NCBI GenBank assembly: GCA_040954595.2
Contig: CM082583.2
Coordinates: forward strand, 11,111,656 to 11,175,655
Direction: 5' to 3'
DNA: 64,000 bases
Origin: Balanoglossus misakiensis
Taxonomy: Eukaryota; Animalia; Hemichordata
Numbering within the stretch: the stretch's first letter is position 1; the number at the start of each line of letters is the position of its first letter. The notes below the pieces were generated by a model, which ran no database searches, had not been told where the DNA came from, and was given only the letters and a program-made list of their open reading frames with translations. Position numbers and translations under genes: made by a program. Shown here piece after piece: positions 39,454 through 61,534 of the stretch.

Positions 39454-40120
39454 GTCAGCTGATCATTATTTGAAGCTTACCATCGAGAACACTTTACACT
39501 TCCAGGAAACGCTTCCACACACATCACTTTCGACCATTATTTGCTCCAGCAAGCACGCGTTGCAAACAAACATACCCTCAAATATCATTAGCACACAGAG
39601 TTAAAAAAGATACAGAAAATACATAAAAAAATGTTTCATCAAATGAACCAGGTAAGCTACTAGTTGCACAACATGACTTTTTAAAACTAACACCAATTGT
39701 GATTTCAGAATGAAACGCGCTTTTAATCGTGGGCCGAAGACCTTACCCCCCCCCCCCCCAAAAAAAAAGAAAAACTTTCCTTCTCTGCAAAGTAACCTGC
39801 ACTTCATAAAAATACTGAGAAAAAAGTCGATACGTTTTTCACAAGGAAGTCGTACCAGCTCATATTGAACGCGCCATGAACAAGCTCTTCACCAGAAAAC
39901 AATCAAGTTTTTTTAACCAATACTACAAAGATAATCATTAAATATAATTGATATGGTTTCAGTACAACTAACGATGACATCACTGGTGTTTAGACTAAAT
40001 ACAAGGATACGATTTCATCATAAAACTTTGCTACAGACATGCTATATTTTACCCTAACTAGGGAAGGAATAGGTTGTACCGTACAGAAAAAAATATGAAA
40101 ATGTTTTTCAGAAAGTATTT

Positions 40121-49791
<9,671 letters not shown>

Positions 49792-50260
49792 TTTCACACA
49801 AAGGTCTAGTCGCCCACGCCAACTCACACATGCATGGCTCAAATTTGAATACGGAAATATCCGAGTTCGACTCGGAACGATGAGACGAACATCATTATTC
49901 GCAAGGCCAAACTTTTCACACATTTAGAACGTTTTTATTTCTATCACAACTAGATGAGGTTATGTTATCATTATTTTCACGACAGCAGTATTGCAAAAGT
50001 GGCCCAAAGCGCTGTAATCTGTCTTTTACCGAACTGGTCCGGACACAACCGAAGGATCTCCAAACCTGTCCTACCCGGGGGTGACACACCACAACATCTA
50101 AATGCTTAGAGTAGGGTTTACCCAAAATGCAACGGGAGCAGAAATGGAGAGTGTACACAAATGATGCAAGGTGAAGCCTATGGTATCGTCGATCGTCGTT
50201 ACTTCCTGACTACTGACGGTCCTCGGAAAGGATGGAAACGACATCGTAGTGCCGGTAGGT
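49792..50260. promoter_or_regulatory. Probable bidirectional promoter between ZFR (-) and the MYORG-like gene (+)
   Basis: Head-to-head genes ~1.3 kb apart; locally CpG-richer. YY1-like AAAATGGC spans the ZFR ATG, ETS-like ACTTCCTG at 50201, donor-like CCG|GTAGGT at ~50254. Confidence 0.5.
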
Positions 50261-51080
50261 GTACAGTGTCACATTTCAAATGTCATCTTGAATGTTTGGT
50301 GACGTCGATTGTTCAAAGCAACTTTTATTCCTATCGCCAGTATGAGTATCACTATCATTATCAGTGTCACACGTTCACTCCCACTTTTATATTTTTAATT
50401 CAATGTATAATTTTGAATTTGAGTGATAGTGGCTGAGATCGAGACACAGCATGATTATACAGTATTCATATATAGCCCGTCGAACCTTAAAAGACGCTAT
50501 CGTACACGTATCAATCATATATCATGTCCATATCATATGGAAATCGATGACACCTTTACGTCAGAGGTGAATATATCAATGACTTCTATTGTAGGAGTAT
50601 AAAAGACTTTTTCTTTTACCATGTTTTCATAAATCAGATGCATTATCGATCGAAATCAGCTGCCCGTGGGGGATATCTGCTACAGACCATGTCTCCCGCA
50701 GTAGTCCTATTCATAAGGAAGCAATAACTTGGTTTAATTTATAGTTATTCTGTTTTCGTTTGTTGTCCAACAAACAATAATAGAAAACCTACAAACCCAT
50801 CTCTCAACCTCGGAAAATTTATTAATGGATACACCAGCTTTTGGTCTTTGAATATCCAGGTACTTGCTAAACTAATCTGCCAATCACCTTGCAGAAGGGA
50901 CTGGTTGACTGGAGACAATTGGATGTTGGCACAAAGGCTAAATAAATATAGGCCTCAGGTATAACCTTGCTGATATGACAAATTAATCAATGAAACCTTC
51001 ACACAATATTGTAACTTAATGTCATTTGTCTTATGTTACATTACACACAGGAATGGTCCAATGATGAGAGGCTGGTCACG

Positions 51081-53339
51081 ATGATCCGAAACGAAACCGA
51101 GACCACCCTTGTCAGGGATGGAGACAGTCAGTCGGGATCGGAGCACGGCACGCAGGTCAAGTTCGATGTCATCAGTGTTGAATCCGGCATAAGTAGTGGT
51201 GACAATGAACGACCCAAGGGGCTGAAAGATTCCATGGTCAGGTTGAAGGTGCCGATACCATCGTCCGATCGAAGGCTGTCTATCAATAGTAGTTCATGCA
51301 CCAGTGACTTTCACAGTGACACGTCCAGTGAAGTTGATTATTCCTTACCGATAAGGAGGTTGAAGACATCTCGTGAAATAAAACTAAAAATCTTTGTGGC
51401 ATTCCTGTTTCTGATGATCATCATTAATGTGACTCTCATCTGGATGTTTCATGAACCCAAACCAATGACACTACACCTGGGTAATGCCAAGCTGGTCGTA
51501 GAGTACGGACACCTGTTCGTGAGTCACCAATCAGACACTGTTCTCGAAAGTCAGCTGGCGTTAAATTTACCATATTCGTCGCCATATAGCTGTATTGGTA
51601 AGACGGGCAAACGCAACAATGAAGTGTGTCTCCTGTGGAAGGGTTTTGTCAAACTAAATGTCACTTTTCACCAGGAAGATGATGGCGAGTGTTACAACAT
51701 CGAGTGGACATCGCTGGACAAGAACTACGTGCCCATGGACTGTTTCTCGCTGGCCGATGCTTGGTGGTACGGAGGAGGGGAGGTGGAAGGTGTGAGCTGG
51801 CCAATTAACTCATATAACATGAGCATGACTCCATTTTTGTCCAACGACTTGCGGTACGAGAGTACTGGCTTTGGCTCGGTGCTCGAGCCGTACTGGCTCT
51901 CCTCCAGGGGAATCTCGTTATACGCAGATGACAGCTCGCCCCTTCATGTGAGCGTGAACCACAGTGAAGACGACAGGCTGTGTTTCCAGGCAAAGTATGA
52001 AGATACCATGTACACCGTGCCTGTCGATAAACTTTCCACTCTGAAATACACAATTTGTGCACATTCCAATATCAGTGCCACACATCAGTTCGCAGCCGAA
52101 AGACACTTCAAGACTCCCGACAGCTTCCCCAACGAAGAACTGATGGAGTCCCCAGTGTGGTTGGCAGCCTATCTCGGGGACACTAATCAAAGCCAAGTGA
52201 TGGCATATGCAAAGCTCATTCAAGACCATGAATTTAACTGCAGCCAGTTTGTAATTCACGATGGCTACTTGTCGAAATACGGAGACCTGGATTTCAACCA
52301 GGCAACTTTTCCTAACCCAGCCGACATGTTTAACACGTTGCACAGCATGGGATTCAACACTGCCGTTTGGATGCAGCTGTTTGCGAACACTGATTCGCAC
52401 GCGTTCGGTGATGGGCTGGTTCCGGGATACTGGATTCGCGGCCCCAGGGACAGTTCGCCTGCGCTCACACAGTGGTGGGAAGGCATTGCTGCCGGACTCC
52501 TGGACGTCACGTATCCCAGCGCCGTGCAGTGGTTCACAGACAGACTGCAGAATTTCAAGACAAAATATCGGGTAGACTCTTTTCAGTTCGTCGGAGGGGA
52601 AGTGTCATGGCTGCCACCTGAGTTTAGTACTCACAACCCGATAACCTACCCCGGCGAATATACAACAGCGTACACAGCCCTGGCAGCTAGTCTCGGTAAT
52701 GCAAATCAAGTGAGGGCCGCTTACCAATCCCACAGCGAGCCTGTCTTTGTGAACATCATGGAAAAAAATGCAACGTGGGACTCAACAAATGGGCTGAAAA
52801 GCATCATCCCAACTATATTGACATTCAGTATAATGGGGTACTCGTTTGTCATCCCTGACGTCATTGGTGGCAGAGCAAATGACAGTGTTCCTGATCGAGA
52901 GCTCTACATTCGCTGGCTACAGCTGTCAGCATTTTTACCAGTGATGCAGTTTCTCACTCCACCATGGGAGTACGACGAAGAAGTCGTTAACCTCTCGAAG
53001 GAGTGGGTCACTTTCCACCAGGACATCATTGCTCCACGAATGAAAGCTCTTGCCACTGAGTTCATCTCCACCGGGAACCCTATAATCAGACCACTCTGGT
53101 GGGCGGATCCGTCCGACGAGACAGCTTTCCAAGTTGACACAGAGTTTCTGATCGGCAATGACATGCTGGTTGCACCGATTTTAAATGAGGGCTCGCGTGA
53201 AAGGGATGTGTATTTACCACATGGGTCATGGGTAAATCATCTGACAGGGGCTGCAGTAACTGGTGGAGAATGGGTAACAGTTGATATACCCTTAGACAAA
53301 ATTTCCTACTTTACTAGACTGGAATCTTTAATTCCATGA
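51081..53339 (+). CDS. MYORG: MYORG/KIAA1161-like glycoside hydrolase family 31 type II membrane protein, ~752 aa, single coding exon; catalytic residues appear substituted
   Basis: Long intact ORF (51033-53339). An acceptor ACACAG| at 51050 suggests the start is the ATG at 51081. One TM segment (IFVAFLFLMIIINVTLIWMF), many N-glycosylation sequons, and motifs WYGGGE, FGSVLEPYWLSSRG, YGDLDF..FPNP, PDVIGG, RELYIRWLQLSAFLPVMQF, GNPIIRPLWW, FLIGNDMLVAP, RDVYLP. May be a paralog rather than the ortholog. Confidence 0.9.
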   Translation: MIRNETETTLVRDGDSQSGSEHGTQVKFDVISVESGISSGDNERPKGLKDSMVRLKVPIPSSDRRLSINSSSCTSDFHSDTSSEVDYSLPIRRLKTSREIKLKIFVAFLFLMIIINVTLIWMFHEPKPMTLHLGNAKLVVEYGHLFVSHQSDTVLESQLALNLPYSSPYSCIGKTGKRNNEVCLLWKGFVKLNVTFHQEDDGECYNIEWTSLDKNYVPMDCFSLADAWWYGGGEVEGVSWPINSYNMSMTPFLSNDLRYESTGFGSVLEPYWLSSRGISLYADDSSPLHVSVNHSEDDRLCFQAKYEDTMYTVPVDKLSTLKYTICAHSNISATHQFAAERHFKTPDSFPNEELMESPVWLAAYLGDTNQSQVMAYAKLIQDHEFNCSQFVIHDGYLSKYGDLDFNQATFPNPADMFNTLHSMGFNTAVWMQLFANTDSHAFGDGLVPGYWIRGPRDSSPALTQWWEGIAAGLLDVTYPSAVQWFTDRLQNFKTKYRVDSFQFVGGEVSWLPPEFSTHNPITYPGEYTTAYTALAASLGNANQVRAAYQSHSEPVFVNIMEKNATWDSTNGLKSIIPTILTFSIMGYSFVIPDVIGGRANDSVPDRELYIRWLQLSAFLPVMQFLTPPWEYDEEVVNLSKEWVTFHQDIIAPRMKALATEFISTGNPIIRPLWWADPSDETAFQVDTEFLIGNDMLVAPILNEGSRERDVYLPHGSWVNHLTGAAVTGGEWVTVDIPLDKISYFTRLESLIP

Positions 53340-56300
53340 GAGTTCAAATGACTTGCAGTCATCTTGTAGAACATCGACATTTTTCAGTCATCAAAACTGA
53401 ACATTTTTAACATCTCAAAATCCAAAAGCAGGCAACAAACACTCTGCCTGAATGTATGACCCATTAAAACTGTATTCATGTGATTATAATTGTAATTTTA
53501 AATTAACAGGCAAAGTACTGAAAAACAATGTACTTTTTATGCAATTCATGGACGTCTCATTTTTACTTAGCTCAGTGACAGCATTAAAATGTTCTCTCAG
53601 CTATGAGAGTGTACATACAAAACGACATGACATTTCATTGTAACAGACCAGAACTAGCAAATATTTTACAAATATTGATAATGCAATAAGGATGTTGACA
53701 ATGCAATATGAATCTTATGACTTTTATGTCATGTTATTTAGTATTCAGATATTTTCCATATAAGCTGACATATGCCGGTCAGCAGTGCAAAGATACGGCA
53801 GACACCCATGTACTGCCAGCTGTGCTGTACTCCAGGCCAGAGAGTCTGGATTCAAGAAATGAACACCGTCAATTGTGTGCAAATCAATTTGACATTTACA
53901 AACTGTAACACCTGAGAAATTCAAAGCAATAATACTAGTAGTAGGGTTTTTTCAGAAGACCCTGTGCCTCACGTAAAATGTGTTGAAAGAAAATCTAATT
54001 GGTTATAATGTATGTTTATAGAAAATAATGTGATGTGAGTAGGCACAACTTTTAAAGGTCATTTACTGTACATGTATGCAGTATTGATCGTCTACGTCAT
54101 AGGCAGCTTCCACTGTCGATATACCTGAAGCCATCAAGGTATATCTTGGAGTTCAATGACCTCAACGTGCCACAACACCACGCAAATCTAATTTGAGGAT
54201 TGCGACTTGGGAGGCGTGATACCAGAATTTCCTGTTTTGTCTGCCAATACTTACTAAGTTACTGCTATTCCAGATGTTGTCTCTAACAATTGTAAACTTT
54301 GATGTACTGTACTCATATTCTATCAAAAGAGGCTTTGTTTGATTCAACTCACATCGGCCATTTATTTCTCAGGGACCATTGTAAATAGCCTCAAAAGTTA
54401 AACATCAAAGAATATTATGTATTTTATACCTAAGCAGATGTAGTCTATACGAAGTCTCATGAATGAAATGTTAAGTACATATTGTGGATTCACATACACA
54501 TACACAGTGAGGGACAAGAAGGTGATTTACATCTCTCAATAGCAGCTGTAAATTCATATGTGTGAAGGATGTGTCTTTTTTTTTATTTGTTCATTTTTTA
54601 TGAACAATCTGTCAAGGATGGTAATGTCCAACCACACAGACATTACTACACAGACAATTGTCTGGGGTTGCACTGACCTGATTGTAGTTAGACCACAGTG
54701 CCAGGTATTTACCCTGACTGGCACCTGTATCTACATAAGACTGTGATGTAACACATGCAAATTAATCCAGTGGCCTCATGTCTATTAATTAGCATACAAT
54801 GCCATTTAGTGTCTCTTTGAAAAGCTGTGCTAAATAGTTAGTGAATGAGTTATGAAGCAAATAAAATTGAATTTTTTTTAATGATGTAACGCATCCCTTC
54901 TTAAATAAAATACATTTTATCACTCACTTGGAAGGACTTTTATTTTATAATGGTACGCGGTGTAGTACATTATGTCTATGACTTGCTGAACAAGGCTGGT
55001 GCTGGGATTTACCACACAAATATATCTTTGGTTATGTAAAGTTCCTGTGATAAGATTTCCCTATCGCATCATGATAAGATGATCTGGCATATCAGATACG
55101 ACAATCGAATGTTTTTTATAGAAAAATAATTTCTATCAGATGAAGTCGTGAATAGGTATATACACACACCACTTTTCACTATTTAAATTAAAAACAAAAA
55201 AGACGGCCTAAAGGAAAAGATTTGACACTTGGAGGCGCTCTTCTTGGTTGATCCTTCTTCCCTCGATTAAAAGAGGGCGCCATAAGCAACTGGATGCAGA
55301 TCATATAGATACATACATGGACTGGGATGTAAAAACATGTTAAACGCGAGGGATGTTGTCATCTTTTTTTTTTCATGAAAAATCACAACTCAAAACAGAG
55401 AAGATTGAAATATTTTTTTTTCAATTCAAAATACCAGGGTATGCATAAAGTGGCAACTATTAAGCTTTTTAACCCTAATCATTCATGCAAATCGGTCTCG
55501 AGTAGGGTATGTTCTGTGAAAGGTTGAAGTCATATGCTCATATTTTGTGAAAACAAATAACAGCACATGGCATTTGCAGGGAAGTTGTTCAATCAATCAT
55601 TCTGCCATCCGTGCATATAATTTATACTTCAAAATATGTGAACAAATGATGATTGTCTAATTATTTTTAAATATTCAAACCTTAAATAGGATAAATTTGC
55701 TTAATCCTGGTGCCTTTCTAGTGGTCTACTGATGTGTGAAAAGATTTGGAAGCCTATACTCAAATGCCAAGCTGCACCATTCATCACCATCAGTCTCATC
55801 CTGCTGGGATATGAAAACAGGCGGAAACAAACTCATTATGCAAAGGAAGGCTGTCGTTCCAAGTTGATTTACACCCATATACTGTGTGTGCTTGTGAGAA
55901 TTGTGTCTTGAAAATGTAAAGTGTGAATCATGGACGTGTTGTGGCGTTCACGAAACATCTTATCACTCTCCCACTGTTTTTCACATTACATGCCTTTCAG
56001 TCGACACACCCAAGAGCGGTTGCATTTCATTACTGTTGCCCGCTCAATGCATGTAACACCCAATTGGCCTTTTCGCAATGAATCACCAGGTAAACAGACA
56101 CTAAATCATATTGACTGCATGCAGTTACATTATTCAGCCATTTAGAAATTGAACCAACAGGCATAAATCATGGTTGTGTGAGCGTGTGAGCACAATGGTA
56201 CTGTGGATAAAATAGTGATGATAAAATAACTATCGTGTTGTGTGTGTGTGGGTGGGTGGGTGTGTTGCATCATCATTCAGTGTATAGTCTGCCACAATAA

Positions 56301-57889
56301 ATGTTGAGTTGTACCAATATTATGTAGACTCTAGCTATGATGCCCACATCCATTCTATTTCTTGTGGAGCATAATTAATCATCAAGTCTCTTTATCAATT
56401 TTTCCTGTAAAGATTGTGGGATTAACTTAGATCTGCTCGAAATGGTGAAGAATGTGAAATGATGGCAATATGAGCTGGATAACAGTAAAGTGGATGGCCA
56501 TTCATTTTTACCCAGGTTGCATCTACGAAGTGATGAAAGTATTGTCACACACTATGCTGTACATTATAAGAAAGAGACAGACTACTGTATATTATAAGTG
56601 ATAGGCTGATCAACTGTCAGGCACAATGGGGCATGGAGCGATTTCACATCAATGCACCAATCACAGCCGAGGAAGGTCCACACGTGACCACAGATAATAA
56701 ATATTCATGAGAGACTTGGGGGAAAAAAGCATGTGTCTGTATGCTGCATCTCAGCATTTGATGAAACATGATCGGGAGACAGGACAGCTGTGTCTGAGTG
56801 AAAGCTGTGGATGATTTTTATTTTACATGTAGGCTCTGAAACACAATCATTCGGGTGAACCAAACACTGTAAGACGACTTGACTTTCAAATAGTGAGTAT
56901 AACGTAACATAAGTGCATCATTGGATTTCGATTTTCTGTGTGTTTGCACATATATTGCAATCATATGGCAAATGGGTTGGGATTTGTATGTATGTATGAA
57001 TGTGTGTGTGTTCACGTAGGTGGGATTCTCAATGTGGGCTGATTTCTTATGAATTGAGTTCAGACTTGAGACGTAATAGTGTCGTCGATTGCATTCAGCC
57101 GGCATGATAGCTGGTTTAAGACGTCATAATATGGCCTATGGTGTTTGATATTCACAGTCTAACATCAGATTAAGTGCCCTAAAAGATTTTTTACTTAAAA
57201 AGCATTAAATCTTGACACATTTTCCCAGAACTTACTTGGATTGATGAGCATCTTGCAAATTTTTTTTGGAACTCATGTTTGGAAACAGCTTTGACTCTTC
57301 TCATTTGGGTAAATGGGTGACAACTATTGCCATGGATCGATTCTTGAGTTTTAATGACTTTACCGCAAAATTACTCGAAAAATTATAAGTATATTAAACT
57401 ACTCTTATCTCTTTTCTGGGTCGTTTCACATTTCATGTACCCACTACTTTAATGACTGCAGTCAGAGAAATTGTGGTGAGGGTATTATAGATGGTTATAT
57501 CTATTATGTGTTCACGTTTATATTTTACATGTCTAGGACCTGCATATAATAGCTATGAACATTTTAAGGGTATGTAATACACAGGTGAGCATAACATGGA
57601 ACTATTAACCCGAGAGGAGTCAATCATTTGCCTGACGCAGCTGAGCACAAGTGATCTCCTGTCACTAAAGGCCCATTGTTCGAATCCCTGGATATGGGGG
57701 TATCGTTGTCATCACCGAGGCAGTTTTTCCATTTTTGTCCAAGCAATGTTTATACCGGTATGAACCACAGCAGGAATTACTGAATAGCGCAGTCGTAAAA
57801 GGGAATTTCATACGTCACAGTTGTTGACTATTACACTAGTTCTGACCAGATGGGAACACAGAGTCCTTGATTTTGTTTTCTGAGTTGTT

Positions 57890-57912
57890 TCTCTCTCTCT
57901 CTCTCTCTCTCT
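57890..57912. repeat. (CT)n microsatellite
   Basis: ctctctctctctctctctctct. Confidence 0.9.
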
Positions 57913-60900
57913 ATCTAAGAAAGTGGAGTCTTTTCACTTTCAATCAGGGCCAGCATTTATCATCATCTCTTGACAGCACGTGAATTTTATCTTCATGTTT
58001 CAGGTAGTGTGAATGGTAGTCAAGTAACCATACACCACGTCAAAGCACCCATTGAAATCTTTGCATTGTACGCTTTTCTGTGTCCAATCTAAGTCGTAAA
58101 ATCCTCAAGATATAGAATGAAAGGCTGGAATTGATGTTATACAGCCAGCAAAGAGCAGTGTTTGCCAACCTGATATGATGATGTGTGGCTTTTGAGATTG
58201 ATAGCACGTACGTAGTCGGTTTTTCTGGGAGTGGCAATTTAACAATCGTGCTAGCCTTTGGTGCAAGATTTTGGTCAAAACTGATGCTTGTACCGGTATA
58301 GCCAGAACATATTGTCCAGTGATATTTTTGGCTTTATTTGCAAGTTCAAATGTCTCTTGAAGTTTTTGATAGCTGGCTCCAGCTGTTTTGGCCAGCAGTA
58401 TAAATTTAACTGTGCATATATGCATGATCAACATATTCTTTTTTTAAAAATTTCAATAAATGTATGCAAACATTTGAGATATTTTTAGAATGAAAGTTAA
58501 AAATTAATTTTTGGGGCATGGATTGATCGTACTATCAAATACTTGTTATTGTAATCAATATTTACTAAAGCTGGATATAAAATGATACTTGGGTAACTGC
58601 ATGTCATGTTTACTGTACAATATTTTTCTACCTTAAAGTCAGCCTCCTCTTACATGAAAACTCATCTTTACAGTCTTTTGTGTATTTATTTAATGTACCG
58701 TTCATGCAAAATTCCAAGCCCTAGTTTTCTACTTGAAACCTATTTGTTAGCTCCACTATCAATCATTTATGAGTATCAGAGTAAAATGGGGGAAATGCTG
58801 CAGTGGGCTTGGATTCAATATTGGTTGCCATGGTGCGACATTATTTTCCAGGTGACAAAGTAGGTCTCTATGACTATATGTATAGTTGTTTGAGTCATGT
58901 TGAACACGGCATAGCGATGAAGTCAATACAGAAATAAATTGTTTGAAAATAGTACAAAACAATTACAGTTACCTTACATGGCCAGCTCAACATATATATA
59001 GCCACTTTCAGGGGCTTGTTCGGCTTCAGTGTAAAACTAGATACTGATGGATGGAAGAATGTGTGGGTGCTGAGGTTGAATGTCATTGCTTGACCAGGGG
59101 GCGAATGACAGACATGCAGACAGAATAAATTAACCTACATTCAGGTACATTTAGGTTGGAGTAGAAAAAATATTGCAGAAATGAAAACCAGCCAGTCATA
59201 ATGCCACAGAGTAAAAGATACAAGATGCATTTCTTTTAATCATAATCTTAGAACTGATGGCGATTACTCAGTGAAACTCATTTGAACACGCAGTAAATTT
59301 CCTCCATGGTTAATTTACCATATGATGACGTTTGTGAAATGTAGACCATAAACTGTCATCCAGCTGATGCATTTTGCACGCAAGCTTTATGTAATCTTGT
59401 CAAAACAGACCAATAAATCCTGTCTCAAACCTGCCTTGGCAAGACTAAGATAGTGGTTGCCATGGAAACACAAAGTAAGAAATTTAGCAAGTGTGGAAAC
59501 AACATCAGTGTTATTCAAATGCCTTGCTCTTCACATTCTGAGGTGGAAATAACTGAACAGCTCAATTCACCAGAGATCAAGATAATGCTGATATAATGAG
59601 AAATGTAATTCACCTTGAGTCGTCTAAAAATTGAAAGTTAGTGTATGATGAGTCTTGACAAGTTTTTCGAGAAAGGAAATTATATGAAAATTAACACCAA
59701 GATCAATTTCAGATGACAGGTATGATTATGGGTCTACTCTAAATAGAACCAATAATGCATGATTGATAATGATACTGATAATAAATTCATTGACTCCTTA
59801 ATTGCCATTAAATCTCCTTCTAACTTTGCAATATATTAATATGCATATATCCTGGAATGATAGTATTGTTGGGATCATTGAAGTTAGAAACAATGTTATT
59901 TAGAGATTTAATTAATTCAAACAGAAAACATTAGTAGGCGGTTGAATCCAGTGTTGGAGTACTGGGAAGGGAAGAGGAAGAATGTTCTTTTTGAGGAAAA
60001 GTATTCGGTTGGCCAAGGCTGTTGTTTTCTGTGGGCTAGCTTTTACGATCTACACCTCTGCATGTAGAGAAACCATCAGTACGGATGTTATTCATGTGTT
60101 TGCTTATTAAAATAGTAATCATGGAGTGAATCCCTCAGGCTATAGTGTTCTCTGACCTTCGGCTCAGACATCATCGATAATATGATCAGACAGCACCAAC
60201 CTTTGTGCAGGCTGCAAATCGCCCTGGCGACCATGAGTTATCATCTTTAACTCACAATAAAATTCTGCCCCGAAATTTCTGCACTGCGCCAATATGCCTG
60301 GGGGCTACAACCCGCGCATCTTCTGTGACTTAATACATGTTGCAGACATAGACAGACACACATTATAATTGTTTTCCCCAAATCATCACGTTAAACAAAA
60401 TGGAGAGTGTTTCTTGAGCCACAGGGAACCCAATTGTACATTTTTCATTTGCGAGAGCAGTACTTACAGACATTCATTAATACCTTCAGTGGGTTTAAAT
60501 TGGTTTGGAGCCAAAACTTCCCTGTAGAATTATCATTCAATTTCTCCTGGGTAATTCCTTTCATCCTGTAATCAATAATTTGGAAGATCCCTCGTCACTT
60601 GGAAAGAAAGAAGTGTGCATAAATTACATGTAGTATATTATACCATATCGCTAGGTTATTGCCTCAGAGGCAATAATTGAAATTCATTTTGGAAGACCTG
60701 AAGATTTTTGCGGATGGAGTTGAATGGCTTTCATAATTGTTTTTGAAAAAGCGGTTCTTATGGACCTTGTGTGTCAGGTTGTTCGTCTGTGATATTCTGT
60801 TTCATCAATTCACTTGTGAGTTTGAAGGTGATGAGCTAAAGTTTAGCCTTGAAATTTTAGCTCTCACATCCCTGTTACTAATAAATGATTAATAGTTGCT

Positions 60901-61447
60901 TTAATAATCAAATTAAAGATCAGCAGTTCTGCAGGATAAATATGAAAGTTTCCTAATGCAATTTGCATGATCAATATTTCATGTAAATGCACAATAGACT
61001 CTGCTGGCTGTAGAATCTCTGAGGAGTACACCCTATCCTTTGCCTTTGATAATGCTCAATAAAGAGTGTCAAATACTCTACCGTACAACAAGGGAAAATC
61101 TTCAGGAAAATGAAACACCTTTAAATCTCCCCTTCTTTTCTTTAGATGGATTCATATTGAAACCTGCGAGCCCACTGCGTTGACTGGAGTGCTTAGCATT
61201 GCTGAGTATGTTGTTTGGTTTTCCTGTCACCTGTACCCATCAATACACTCAGCCCAGACAATTATGGCGAGGGTTGATTGATGGTTGAACAGCTGGACCG
61301 CATTGTTTTGTTATAGACATTATGAAACTTCTGCTTGCAACAGGCAATACATGTTTGTGCAAGCTAGACTCAACAAATGATCATTCCTCTAACAAGATGA
61401 GTTTAAGGCAGCTTTGATATGTGGCACACAGGTTACAGCACAGAACA

Positions 61448-61532
<85 letters not shown>
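61448..61532. repeat. (GAT)n microsatellite, ~28 perfect units
   Basis: Uninterrupted gatgatgat run. Confidence 0.97.

Positions 61533-61534
<2 letters not shown>

Noticed and set aside
51805-53164. Antisense and alternative-frame ORFs over the MYORG-like, SLC16 and ZFR exons, and short intronic ORFs such as 21446-22165
   Set aside because: Shadow or random ORFs with no recognisable motifs or splice support.
55025-55040. Partial matches to miR-9 (also miR-7 at ~49418 and miR-29 at ~24397)
   Set aside because: Only about 10-13 nt match and no precursor hairpin.
57640-57700. GTTCGAATCC B-box motifs (also ~29368 and ~32997) suggesting tRNA or SINE
   Set aside because: No A-box at the correct spacing and no cloverleaf.
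57110-58870. Possible degraded non-autonomous DNA-transposon fragments (also ~41700-42070 and ~61770-62010)
   Set aside because: No paired TIRs or TSDs could be found by eye.
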